A DNA stretch of 40,681 nt. Source: Bacillota bacterium. Its GTDB lineage: Bacteria; Bacillota; Clostridia; Christensenellales; SZUA-584. The stretch's first letter is position 1. Every line of letters begins with the position of its first letter. Under the pieces are notes generated by a model. That model did no database searches, was not told where the DNA came from, and saw only the letters and a list, made by a program, of their open reading frames with translations. Of this stretch, positions 8,783 to 17,713 are shown one piece after another. The translations under genes were made by a program, and so were the position numbers. Location of the stretch: the NCBI GenBank assembly GCA_023436525.1, contig JAEZIW010000249.1:1-40681 (forward strand), written 5' to 3'.

Positions 8783-9247
8783 ATGGGTTATTTCAGCAAA
8801 TCCCCTTGGGTAATACATTACAACGGTTCCAGCTGCAACGGCTGCGATATAGAAGTATTGGCGTGTCTCACGCCGCTGTACGATCTTGAACGCTTCGGCA
8901 TTATCAATACCGGCAACCCCAAGCACGCCGATATATTGCTGGTGACGGGCGGCGTTAACGCACAGGCCTTGAGCGTGCTGCAGCAGATTTATGAGCAGAT
9001 GCCGAACCCCAAGGCTGTGGTTGCCGTCGGCATATGCGCCACCAGCGGCGGCATATTTGCGGACTGCTACAATATCATAGGCGGTGCCGACAAGGCGGTG
9101 CCGGTAGACGTTTATGTGCCCGGCTGCGCGGCGCGCCCCGAGGCCATTATCGATGGCGTTGCCAAGGCGGCACATATTTTGGATGAGAAATACAAAAAAT
9201 CAAAACTGGCCAAAAAGAAAGCTAATAAAACGGGAGTGAACAAATGA
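8783..9247 (+). CDS. echC: Ech hydrogenase small subunit (NuoB-like, [4Fe-4S])
   Basis: CNGCDIE ... GICATSGG ... VPGCAARPE cluster ligands. RBS AGGTGGA. Confidence 0.88.
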   Translation: MGYFSKSPWVIHYNGSSCNGCDIEVLACLTPLYDLERFGIINTGNPKHADILLVTGGVNAQALSVLQQIYEQMPNPKAVVAVGICATSGGIFADCYNIIGGADKAVPVDVYVPGCAARPEAIIDGVAKAAHILDEKYKKSKLAKKKANKTGVNK

Positions 9248-9597
9248 AGCCCGATACTGAATTTATCAATATTTTGCCGATAGAGCTGCTCAACCGCGTG
9301 AGCGACCTCAAAGAACAAGGGTGCCGCCTGGTTCAGATTTGCTGTAGCAAATGCGGCGAGGCTCTGGAGCTGGACTACTCCTTCGACCGTTCCTATCAGC
9401 TTGTCGACCTTAAACTGTCGGTGTCTCCCGCTGATGAGATCGACAGTATCAGCGGCGTTTTTCCGCCGGCATTTTTATACGAAAACGAGATCGAATCCCT
9501 CTTTGGCTTGAAAGTGAAGCACAAGCTGGTTGATTTCGGGGGCAAGCTTTATCAAACGGCGACACCGACACCGTTTGCCGGAAAGGACGGCGAGTAG
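9244..9597 (+). CDS. echD: Ech hydrogenase subunit D (short NuoC-like)
   Basis: A 117-aa protein between the small- and large-subunit genes, overlapping the echC stop. The assignment rests mainly on position, plus the NuoC-like segment FLYENEIESLFG. Confidence 0.7.
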   Translation: MKPDTEFINILPIELLNRVSDLKEQGCRLVQICCSKCGEALELDYSFDRSYQLVDLKLSVSPADEIDSISGVFPPAFLYENEIESLFGLKVKHKLVDFGGKLYQTATPTPFAGKDGE

Positions 9598-9599
9598 AT

Positions 9600-10679
9600 A
9601 TGGGCAAGAGAAGCGTTATTCCGTTCGGCCCTCAGCATCCGGTGCTGCCGGAGCCCATCCATCTCGATTTGGTAATAGAAGATGAGCGCGTGGTTGAAGT
9701 GGTTCCTTCCATCGGCTATATTCATCGCGGCCTTGAAAAGCTGGCTGAAACCCGCGATTTTGTCGATTACGTTTACGTTGCCGAGCGCGTCTGCGGTATA
9801 TGCAGCTTTATGCATGGCATGGGCTATTGCATGGCCATAGAAGATATCATGAAGCTGGACCTTCCCCCCCGCGCGCTTTACCTGCGTGTGGTATGGGCGG
9901 AGCTTTCGCGTATTCACAGCCACCTTTTGTGGATGGGTCTGCTGGCAGATTCATTCGGGTTTGAAAACCTGTTCATGCAATGCTGGCGTCTGCGCGAGAA
10001 GGTGCTCGATATCTTTGAGATGACAACGGGCGGCCGTGTGATATTCTCGGTATGTAAGGTGGGCGGCGTCCGCAAGGATATGGATAAGGACAGCCTCAAC
10101 ACCATACTTTCGACATTGGAGGAGGTTGGGCGCGAGTTCAAAGTGCTTGAGACCACCTTCCTGAATGATAAATCAGTGCTCCACCGTTTGAAGGGCATTG
10201 GTGTGCTAACGGCAGACGAAGCCCTGACCCTTGGCGCGGTGGGCCCCATGCTGCGCGCCAGCGGCGTGGAGCAGGATATGCGCAAGACGGGTTACGCGGT
10301 TTATGATGAGCTTGATGTGCCGGTCATCACCAGCCCGGACGGAGACAGCTATGCCCGCTGCGCAGTCCGCATGGGCGAAATTCATACGTCTATCGATATC
10401 ATCCGGCAGGCGATCGGCAAGATGCCGGAAGGCGAAATCGCCGTGAAAGCAACAGGTACACCCAACGGGCAAAGCTTTATCCGCGTGGAGCAGCCGCGCG
10501 GCGAAGCATTCTATCATGTACGCGCCAACGGCACAAAGTTTTTGGAGCGTTTTCGTGTGCGCACACCCACGTTTGCGAATCTGCCCGCACTGCTGAAAAT
10601 ACTTGAAGGGCGCAGCCTGGCCAACGTGCCGGTTCTCATACTCACGATCGACCCGTGCGTCAGCTGCACAGAAAGGTAG
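9600..10679 (+). CDS. echE: Ech [NiFe]-hydrogenase large subunit (NuoD-like, group 4)
   Basis: N-terminal Ni-Fe ligand motif RVCGICSFMH and C-terminal DPCVSCTER. The ORF stops directly after this motif, so there is no cleavable extension. Confidence 0.92.
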   Translation: MGKRSVIPFGPQHPVLPEPIHLDLVIEDERVVEVVPSIGYIHRGLEKLAETRDFVDYVYVAERVCGICSFMHGMGYCMAIEDIMKLDLPPRALYLRVVWAELSRIHSHLLWMGLLADSFGFENLFMQCWRLREKVLDIFEMTTGGRVIFSVCKVGGVRKDMDKDSLNTILSTLEEVGREFKVLETTFLNDKSVLHRLKGIGVLTADEALTLGAVGPMLRASGVEQDMRKTGYAVYDELDVPVITSPDGDSYARCAVRMGEIHTSIDIIRQAIGKMPEGEIAVKATGTPNGQSFIRVEQPRGEAFYHVRANGTKFLERFRVRTPTFANLPALLKILEGRSLANVPVLILTIDPCVSCTER

Positions 10680-10685
10680 ATCTCG

Positions 10686-11024
10686 ATGTCTGTTATGAGT
10701 TTTTCTAAAAGTGCGCTTAAAAACCTGACTCATAAGCCCGCAACGCTGATGTATCCGTTCAAGAAACGGGTGTTCTTCGACCGCACACGCGGCCATATCG
10801 ATATCAGCATTGCGGATTGTATCTATTGCGGCATCTGCCAGAAACGCTGCCCCACCGACAGCATTCATGTTGTTAAAGCGGATAAACACTGGGAGATTGA
10901 ACGCATGAAGTGCATTCAATGCAACTCATGTGTAGAGAATTGCCCCAAGAAATGCCTCGTGATGAAAAGCGATTACACCACGCCCGGTGTGGAGAAACAG
11001 ACGGACGACTTCACCGGTGCATGA
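10686..11024 (+). CDS. echF: Ech hydrogenase 2x[4Fe-4S] subunit (NuoI-like)
   Basis: CIYCGICQKRCP and CIQCNSCVENCP. Confidence 0.88.
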   Translation: MSVMSFSKSALKNLTHKPATLMYPFKKRVFFDRTRGHIDISIADCIYCGICQKRCPTDSIHVVKADKHWEIERMKCIQCNSCVENCPKKCLVMKSDYTTPGVEKQTDDFTGA

Positions 11025-11394
11025 GTATCCCATCACGCTGGAGATCATCCGCATCGCGGTGAAAACGGCAAAAGAGAAAAACGCACAGCACGTGGATAAA
11101 ATCGCGCTGGTGATCGGTGATCTGTCGGGATATGTGGGTGAAAGCGTCCACATGTATTTCGATGAGATATCGAAAGGGACGGCCTGCGAGGGCTGCCGAC
11201 TGGAAATCACGCGCGTAAAGCCCCAGGTGAAATGCACGGTCTGCAGCGAGGTTTTTGAGCGAAAGCCGTTCTCATTCGAGTGCCCGGTGTGCAAAGGTCA
11301 GGCGGGCCCCACTAATATCGGAACGGAATTTTACATTGACCATATAGAAGTCAGCCGAAATAAAGGAGTCAAAGATGGAAACGGAACGGATTGA
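11017..11394 (+). CDS. hypA: hydrogenase nickel-insertion protein HypA
   Basis: A GTG start at 11017 gives MHEYPITLEII, overlapping the echF stop. Zn site CTVCSEVF...CPVCKG. The ATG at 10987 would put 10 extra codons inside echF. Confidence 0.85.
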   Translation: MHEYPITLEIIRIAVKTAKEKNAQHVDKIALVIGDLSGYVGESVHMYFDEISKGTACEGCRLEITRVKPQVKCTVCSEVFERKPFSFECPVCKGQAGPTNIGTEFYIDHIEVSRNKGVKDGNGTD

Positions 11395-12034
11395 CGTCAA
11401 GCAATCCATATACGATAAAAACGACCGAATTGCCGAAGATGTGAACCGGGGGATGTCGGCCAACGGTACACTGCTCATCAATGTCATGGGCGCGCCGGGT
11501 GCCGGTAAAACCTCGGTGATCCGCCGCGTTGTTGAAGGGTTGTCACTGCCCGCCGCCGTGATAGAGGGCGACATCGAGTCGGATATCGACACCAAGGCGC
11601 TGGAAGCTATCGGCATCAGCACGCACCAAATCAACACGCACGGCGCGTGCCATTTGGACGCGCCGACCATTCAGACAGCGGTCAGAGAATTCACTATTCC
11701 GCAGAACGGCGTGGTGTTCATTGAGAACATTGGCAACCTCGTGTGTCCGGCGGAGTTCACCATCGGCGAACACGCCAAAATGCTGATTGTCACCGCAACG
11801 GATGGCAGCGACAAGCCTTATAAATATCCGCTGGCGTTTGAAAAAGCGGATATCATCGTGCTGAACAAGGCGGATCTGCTGCCATATGTGGATTTTGATG
11901 AGAGCTTTTTCATGGCGGGCGTAAGGGCACTGAACCCGGCAGTCCCTGTCATGAAGGTATCTGCCCGGGCCGGTGAAGGTGTGGACGGAATCATACAATG
12001 GATAAAAGAGAAGAAAAACAGCCTCGGGGCTTGA
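11375..12034 (+). CDS. hypB: hydrogenase nickel-incorporation GTPase HypB
   Basis: P-loop GAPGAGKTS, ENIGNLVCPAEF and NKADL motifs. There is no His-rich N-terminal stretch. Confidence 0.9.
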   Translation: METERIDVKQSIYDKNDRIAEDVNRGMSANGTLLINVMGAPGAGKTSVIRRVVEGLSLPAAVIEGDIESDIDTKALEAIGISTHQINTHGACHLDAPTIQTAVREFTIPQNGVVFIENIGNLVCPAEFTIGEHAKMLIVTATDGSDKPYKYPLAFEKADIIVLNKADLLPYVDFDESFFMAGVRALNPAVPVMKVSARAGEGVDGIIQWIKEKKNSLGA

Positions 12035-14274
12035 GAATCAAATTATATGGGATTGTGCAGGGGGTGGGTTTCCGCCCCTTTGTGGTTAAGCTGGCTTTTT
12101 CTCTGGGACTAACGGGCAAGGTGAAAAACAGCGGCGGATTGTTGGACATCACAGTCTGCGGAACCGCGGCGCAGCTCGACGCATTTCAAAAGCGGCTGTT
12201 CGAGGAAAAGCCGATGAACGCGCTGATCGTGCATTACGAAACAGAAAACAGTCCATACACGTGCGACTCTTCCTTTACCATTGAAACGAGCGGCGAAGCC
12301 GAAGGCCCGGTTTTCATACCACCCGATCTGTGCGTTTGCGACGCGTGCCTTGATGAGCTATCCAACGAACAGGACCAACGGTTTGCGCATCCCTTCATCA
12401 GCTGCATGGCATGCGGCCCGCGATACAGCATCATTGAGGCCGCGCCTTACGACCGTGATACCACAACAATGCGCGATTTTGATATGTGCGATGCCTGCCA
12501 TGCACAATACACAAACCGTGAAGACAGGCGCTTTCACGCGCAGACGATCTCCTGCCACAGCTGCGGCCCTTTTCTTATTTATAAAGACAGCATCGGCACT
12601 GAGACCACGCATGAGACAGCTTTTAACGATGCGGCAAAAGCGCTGCGTACGGGTGGCGTGGTCGCCGTGAAGGGCATCGGCGGCTATCACCTCTGCTGTG
12701 ACCCATTTGACCAAAAAGCGGTGCTGCGGCTGCGTGAGCTGAAAAGCCGTGAATTAAAGCCGTTCGCGGTGATGTTTCCGAACTTGGATGATTTGAGGCA
12801 TTATGCCCTTGTATCGCCGCAGGAGGAAGCGCTGCTGGTCTCCCCCGCGCGGCCCATTGTGCTGCTGAAACAAAAGCAAAATGACCTCGCGTCTGCGGTG
12901 TGCGGCGACAGCCTGCTGCTGGGCGCGTTTCTGCCGTATACACCCCTGCAGGCCATGCTGGTGCAAGCAGCCGGCCCTTTGGTGATGACAAGTGCGAACG
13001 TATCGGACGCGCCTATCGTCAAGGATGACGCATCCATGCTTGCATGGACGGGCCTTGATGGCGTGCTGTACAACACGCGGCGCATCGCCGCGCGTGTGGA
13101 CGATTCGGTGGCGAAGGTTTTGGCGAATAAGACGCAGATGATTCGCCGGTCCCGCGGGTACGCGCCGTTGCCGGTTATACTACGCGGCGAGCCCCAAGGT
13201 GCGTTGTTTGCCGCAGGCGGACAGCTCAAATCCGCGTTTTGCCTCGCGTCCGGGCGGTTCGCGTATGTGGGGCCGCACATCGGCGATCTGGATAACGATG
13301 ACTGTATCCGCGCCTATCGTGAAAGCCTCGAGCGGCTGCAACAGCTGCTGCGTTTGTCGCCCAAGCTGGCCGTATGCGATATGCACCCCGGCTATGCGTC
13401 CACGGCACTGGCGGAGGAAACGCAGCTGCCGCTGCTGCGCGTGCAGCACCATCATGCCCATATCGCATCCGTGATGGCGGAACACGGTCTTGATGAGCCG
13501 GTTATCGGCGTTGCTTTTGACGGTACGGGCTGGGGATGTGACAACGCCGTATGGGGCGGGGAGTTTCTTGTTTTCAGGGCTAACACCTTTGAACGGGCAG
13601 GGCACATCAAAGCCGTACGTTTTTTAAGCGGTGACGCGGGCATGAAGGATGCGGCTAAGAGCGCCATGTGCTACCTGCACGATGCGGGACTGGACGCACA
13701 TATCCGCGATGACCGCTGGCCGCTGATACGGGCAGCGCTGGATAATGATGTGAATGTGCACCGCAATTCCGGCATGGGGCGTCTGTTCGACGCGGTGAGC
13801 GCGATACTGGGTGTCTGCACGTACAACCGGTACGAAGGCGAGTGTGCCATTCTGCTGGAAAATCTCGCGGCGCGGGCGCTGGCACAAGGCATGGAACCCG
13901 CCCAAATGGCATTTGCGGTTTCACAGAAGGATGGTATACTGGTGGCGGATGCTACGCCGGTGATTTTGACGCTGACCCAATGCGGCAAAAGCCAAGAAGC
14001 GCTGGCGCTGGGGTTCCACCAAGCAGTGTCAAACATGGTCGTCGATATCTGCGTTCGATTGCGCGAGCAGACGGGCATCGGCTCGGCGGCGCTCTCCGGC
14101 GGTGTGTTTCAGAACGCCGTGCTGTTTGAGGATATACTGAGTAAGCTGACTGCGAAGGGCTTCGATGTATATACCAATGAGATAGTGCCGCCCAACGACG
14201 GGGGAATCAGCCTGGGGCAGGCGCAGATTGGCCTTTGGCACTTAAACGGAAAGGAATACAAACCATGTGTATAG
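11998..14274 (+). CDS. hypF: carbamoyltransferase HypF
   Basis: Acylphosphatase-like N-terminus (GIVQGVGFRPF), two Zn-finger pairs (CDACLDEL...CMACGPRYS; CDACHAQY...CHSCGP), and YrdC-like and Kae1-like domains. The start could instead be TTG 12031. Confidence 0.92.
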   Translation: MDKREEKQPRGLRIKLYGIVQGVGFRPFVVKLAFSLGLTGKVKNSGGLLDITVCGTAAQLDAFQKRLFEEKPMNALIVHYETENSPYTCDSSFTIETSGEAEGPVFIPPDLCVCDACLDELSNEQDQRFAHPFISCMACGPRYSIIEAAPYDRDTTTMRDFDMCDACHAQYTNREDRRFHAQTISCHSCGPFLIYKDSIGTETTHETAFNDAAKALRTGGVVAVKGIGGYHLCCDPFDQKAVLRLRELKSRELKPFAVMFPNLDDLRHYALVSPQEEALLVSPARPIVLLKQKQNDLASAVCGDSLLLGAFLPYTPLQAMLVQAAGPLVMTSANVSDAPIVKDDASMLAWTGLDGVLYNTRRIAARVDDSVAKVLANKTQMIRRSRGYAPLPVILRGEPQGALFAAGGQLKSAFCLASGRFAYVGPHIGDLDNDDCIRAYRESLERLQQLLRLSPKLAVCDMHPGYASTALAEETQLPLLRVQHHHAHIASVMAEHGLDEPVIGVAFDGTGWGCDNAVWGGEFLVFRANTFERAGHIKAVRFLSGDAGMKDAAKSAMCYLHDAGLDAHIRDDRWPLIRAALDNDVNVHRNSGMGRLFDAVSAILGVCTYNRYEGECAILLENLAARALAQGMEPAQMAFAVSQKDGILVADATPVILTLTQCGKSQEALALGFHQAVSNMVVDICVRLREQTGIGSAALSGGVFQNAVLFEDILSKLTAKGFDVYTNEIVPPNDGGISLGQAQIGLWHLNGKEYKPCV

Positions 14275-14492
14275 CGGTGCCCGGGCGGGTTCTTTCTATA
14301 TCGAATGGCCGAGCCAAGGTGGATTTTTCGGGCAACATTGTAGAGGCCGACATGCGGCTGGTAGATGCTGAGGCGGGCGACTACGTGCTGGTGCACGCGG
14401 GCTGCGCCATAGAGGTGATGAAACCGTCGCAGGCGCAAGATCTGGCTGCCCTGCTGGAAGAGATCGGGGCACTTGCGAATGAGCGGCCTTGA
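14265..14492 (+). CDS. hypC: hydrogenase assembly chaperone HypC
   Basis: The start was moved to ATG 14265 to give the invariant N-terminus MCIAVPGRV. It overlaps the hypF stop. Confidence 0.88.
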   Translation: MCIAVPGRVLSISNGRAKVDFSGNIVEADMRLVDAEAGDYVLVHAGCAIEVMKPSQAQDLAALLEEIGALANERP

Positions 14493-15516
14493 ACACATGC
14501 TCGGCTCTGTTCGAGAATACAATGGCCCGCCGGTGCGCATTATGGAGGTTTGCGGAACGCATACCGCAACGGCAGCCAAAGCAGGGCTGCGCTCAATGCT
14601 GCCCGCAGGCATACGGCTCATATCCGGGCCCGGATGCCCTGTTTGTCTGGCTGCGTCCGCATATATCGATAGGCTCTGCGCTCTCGCGGCGGACAATTGC
14701 ATCATCGCGTCGTTTGGCGACCTTCTGCGTGTGCGCGGTAAGAACGGGAGCCTGCTGGACAGAAAAGCGCACGGCGCGCGCGTGGATATGGTCTACTCGC
14801 CCTTGGATGCGCTGAAGCTGGCGCAGGCTCATCCCGAAAGCACCGTGGTGATGGCTGCGGTGGGATTTGAAACCACCGCCCCGGCTTATGCGCTGGCGCT
14901 GGAAACGGCGCAGACGGAAAACATAACAAACTTTAAACTGTTGACCGCGCTTAAACGCTTAATCCCTGCAATGGAAACGCTTTGCGCTGACGACAGCATA
15001 GATGCGTTTATTACGCCGGGGCATGTGGCCGCCATCATCGGCAGCGACGTATTTTTGTCGCTGGCGGAGCGCTTCCGAAAGCCAATGGTGGTAACAGGTT
15101 TTAAGGCTGAGGATATGATAGCGGCAATCTGCCTGCTTCTTTCAAAGCTGAACATGGGTTATGCGGCCAATCTTTACGGAGAGGTTGTTCGTCCTCAGGG
15201 CAATACAAAGGCGCTCAAATTGTTAAACAAATACTTCGAGCCGTCAGAAGCCTACTGGCGCGGCCTGTCGGTGATACCGGACTCTGGCCTTTATTTAAAG
15301 ACCGACTATGCGGCATTTGATGCCGGAAGCCACGGTTTAACAGACAACGCGGCAGACAGCGGCGGCTGCCGCTGCGGCGAGGTGCTGACCAGCCGAATCG
15401 CCCCGCATGAATGCCCGCTGTATGGCAAGACCTGTACGCCAGAGAATGCGTTCGGGCCATGCATGGTCACGGCCGAAGGGGCCTGCGGCATACGGTATGC
15501 CGGGGAGGATTTTTAA
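14473..15516 (+). CDS. hypD: hydrogenase maturation factor HypD
   Basis: MEVCGTHT, GPGCPVC and PGHV motifs. An alternative start is ATG 14497. Confidence 0.9.
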   Translation: MRMSGLEHMLGSVREYNGPPVRIMEVCGTHTATAAKAGLRSMLPAGIRLISGPGCPVCLAASAYIDRLCALAADNCIIASFGDLLRVRGKNGSLLDRKAHGARVDMVYSPLDALKLAQAHPESTVVMAAVGFETTAPAYALALETAQTENITNFKLLTALKRLIPAMETLCADDSIDAFITPGHVAAIIGSDVFLSLAERFRKPMVVTGFKAEDMIAAICLLLSKLNMGYAANLYGEVVRPQGNTKALKLLNKYFEPSEAYWRGLSVIPDSGLYLKTDYAAFDAGSHGLTDNAADSGGCRCGEVLTSRIAPHECPLYGKTCTPENAFGPCMVTAEGACGIRYAGEDF

Positions 15517-16493
15517 TGATTAGAATGGCACATGGCAGCGGCGGCAAAGAGACAGAGGCGCTTGTGAAAAGCATATTCCTTAAGCATTTTCAGAATAATG
15601 CGCTGGGGCGTCTCGAAGACGCCGCCGTGATTGAAATGAACGGCAAAGCCGCCTTCACCACCGATTCGTTTGTTGTCACCCCGCTGTTCTTCAAGGGCGG
15701 CGACATCGGGCGGCTCGCTGTATGCGGCACTGTGAACGACCTGCTGATGATGGGCGCACGGCCTCAGTATCTGTCCGCCGGGTTTATCATTGAGGAGGGG
15801 TTGCCAATGGAAGCGCTTAATAATGTGGCGGCATCCATGGCACACACGGCTGCGGAGGCAGGCGTGGCTATCGTGGCGGGTGACACCAAAGTGATCGAAG
15901 GCCGGGGCGGACTGTATATCAACACATCCGGCATCGGTACGATTCCAAACGGGCGCGATATCGGCGCGGCACAGTGTACTTCAGGCGATGTGATACTGGT
16001 GTCAGGGAACCTCGGGGACCACCACGCCTGTATACTGAGCGCGCGAATGAACATTGAGAACGGCATTGCGTCGGACGCGATGCCGTTGAACAGGCCGGTA
16101 AACGCTCTGCTGAGCTGTGGTGCGCACGTGAAGGCGATGCGCGACGTGACGCGCGGCGGACTTGCAACGATATTAAATGAGCTGTGTGCAGCCTCGGGCA
16201 CAGGCGCGATTCTGGAAGAAGTGTCGCTGCCCGTATCGTCGCAAACGGCGGCATTCTGCGAAATATTAGGGCTGGATTCGTTATATATGGGCAATGAGGG
16301 CAAGTTCGTCGCCATAGTAAAAGGCGACGACGGCTCAAAGGCGCTGGATGCACTGAGGGGCACACCGGAAGGGCGTTCCGCCATGATAATCGGACACATG
16401 ACGGATGGAAAAGGCGTTACACTGCATACGAAACTTGGCGGGCGGCGCAGACTGAGCGTGCTGACAGGCGAGGGCCTGCCGCGCATCTGCTGA
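15516..16493 (+). CDS. hypE: hydrogenase maturation factor HypE
   Basis: The start was moved to ATG 15516 (MIRMAHGSGG), sharing TAATG with the hypD stop. AIR-synthase-like fold, ending in the characteristic C-terminal PRIC. Confidence 0.9.
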   Translation: MIRMAHGSGGKETEALVKSIFLKHFQNNALGRLEDAAVIEMNGKAAFTTDSFVVTPLFFKGGDIGRLAVCGTVNDLLMMGARPQYLSAGFIIEEGLPMEALNNVAASMAHTAAEAGVAIVAGDTKVIEGRGGLYINTSGIGTIPNGRDIGAAQCTSGDVILVSGNLGDHHACILSARMNIENGIASDAMPLNRPVNALLSCGAHVKAMRDVTRGGLATILNELCAASGTGAILEEVSLPVSSQTAAFCEILGLDSLYMGNEGKFVAIVKGDDGSKALDALRGTPEGRSAMIIGHMTDGKGVTLHTKLGGRRRLSVLTGEGLPRIC

Positions 16494-16528
16494 ACCCGCA
16501 GTAATATTTTTTTAGGATAAATGAGAAC

Positions 16529-17140
16529 ATGACAACAAATCTCAACGCGAAGAGCGTTATTCAACATGACGTTAAAGCCTACTTCGACAGTCAGGCAGGT
16601 CACTGGGATGCGCATTCCCACCATGAACCGGGCAAGCTGCGCCGGATTATCCGTGCATGCGATCTGCATTCGGGACAAAGGGTTCTGGACGTAGCCTGTG
16701 GAACGGGTGTGCTGTTCCCGTGGCTGCTGGCATACGATCCGTCCTTGCTGATGGGCATCGATCTGTCTGAGAGGATGACGCAGATCGCCCGTGTAAAGCA
16801 TCGGGATAAGAGACTCAAAATCGTAACAGCGGATTATTATCAATTGGCAGCGGGCGGGTTCGACCGTATCATCATATACAACGCCTATCCCCACTTCTTT
16901 GATAAGGCACGTTTCGCGGAAAAGACGCGGGATCTGCTCATACCGGGCGGGCGATTTGTGGTGGCGCATAACAAGGGACGGGAAAGCCTCAATGAGATGC
17001 ATGAGGCGCGCGGGGCTCATCAATACAGCGTGCCGTTAAACGCCGTCGCCGAAGAAAGCCGTTGGTTTGATCCGTACTTTGAAATCGACCATTGTATCGA
17101 TGCTAATGATATATTTATACTATCCGGAAAAATTGTTTGA
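16529..17140 (+). CDS. class I SAM-dependent methyltransferase
   Basis: SAM-binding motif VLDVACGTGVL. It starts 35 nt after hypE on the same strand. Confidence 0.75.
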   Translation: MTTNLNAKSVIQHDVKAYFDSQAGHWDAHSHHEPGKLRRIIRACDLHSGQRVLDVACGTGVLFPWLLAYDPSLLMGIDLSERMTQIARVKHRDKRLKIVTADYYQLAAGGFDRIIIYNAYPHFFDKARFAEKTRDLLIPGGRFVVAHNKGRESLNEMHEARGAHQYSVPLNAVAEESRWFDPYFEIDHCIDANDIFILSGKIV

Positions 17141-17273
17141 AGGAAGAATCGTTCCTGTGCGGCATGCCTGAGCTATAAAATACACTTATTAGCCACAAGT
17201 CTTATGGGTATGTATGCTTCTTGCGCAAAGGTGCCTTACACAGGTTCCGCCAGCGCCACTGCGGCTACACATA

Positions 17274-17525
17274 TTACCCTTGCAGGCCTCTTTCCTGACG
17301 TTCCATATTCTCCACCACAATGTCGTAAATGTCGCCAAGGGAAGCGCAGTAGGCCAGCACCGCCCATGGTGCGTTGGTGTGATAATGAATCTTGATTAAA
17401 TTCTCATCACCTACGGCAATCAGGCAATCGCCTTCGAACTTTTCTGTTATATGTCTGTTGATTTCATCCTCAGAAAGATTTTGCCCTTCAATCAGCAGTT
17501 GGGTATCAAATTTGAATTCCAGCAT
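17274..17525 (-). CDS. FakA/YloV-like middle-domain fragment (83 aa), possibly a gene remnant
   Basis: GDCLIAVGDENLIKIHYHTNAPWAVLAYCASLGDIYDIVVENMERQ resembles the segment after the Dak2 domain of fatty-acid kinase FakA. The RBS is strong (AAGGAGAAGG). There is no Dak2 domain upstream, and a stop lies 4 codons upstream. A shifted frame downstream reads VICVAAVALAEPV*, which resembles the next FakA block. Confidence 0.4.
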   Translation of the reverse strand: MLEFKFDTQLLIEGQNLSEDEINRHITEKFEGDCLIAVGDENLIKIHYHTNAPWAVLAYCASLGDIYDIVVENMERQERGLQG

Positions 17526-17713
17526 AGCCTTCTCCTTTTAAATAAATCTTTCGTTCGTTTTAATAGCTTATCAGCGTATCCCATTTTATCATAACAGCAT
17601 CGACAATATACGGGTCGTACATCATATCGCATTTATTTTCGGTATTCCTCAAATGTTAAAGGTTTGCGATAAGACCGTTCTCGCTCATCATGGCACGCTT
17701 ATACCATATGCTT

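Noticed and set aside
15411-15515. N-terminal extensions offered by the ORF track for hypE, and likewise for metI, pdxK, hypA, hypC, the HD gene, DUF3343 copy 2, the activase, lysR, selD, dhaL, the binding protein and 31397..31999.
   Set aside because: The internal starts restore canonical family N-termini (MCIAVPG for HypC, MIRMAHGSGG for HypE, MNYNLKQLEAF for LysR). They sit behind good RBSs and remove long overlaps with the upstream genes.
15764-17023. A 419-aa minus-strand ORF antisense to hypE and the methyltransferase. Similar long antisense ORFs occur at 2951..3895, 10206..10919, 22106..22897, 25113..25982, 27422..28525, 29023..29661 and 39191..39865.
   Set aside because: These are shadow ORFs opposite well-supported genes in GC-rich coding DNA. 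They have Arg/Ala/Pro/Ser-rich low-information translations, no RBS and no recognisable motifs.
16529-17140. The methyltransferase after hypE as a novel hydrogenase maturation factor.
   Set aside because: The only evidence is proximity (a 35-nt gap). It is a generic class I SAM methyltransferase, and no known [NiFe] maturation step needs methylation. This is too weak to promote to a finding.
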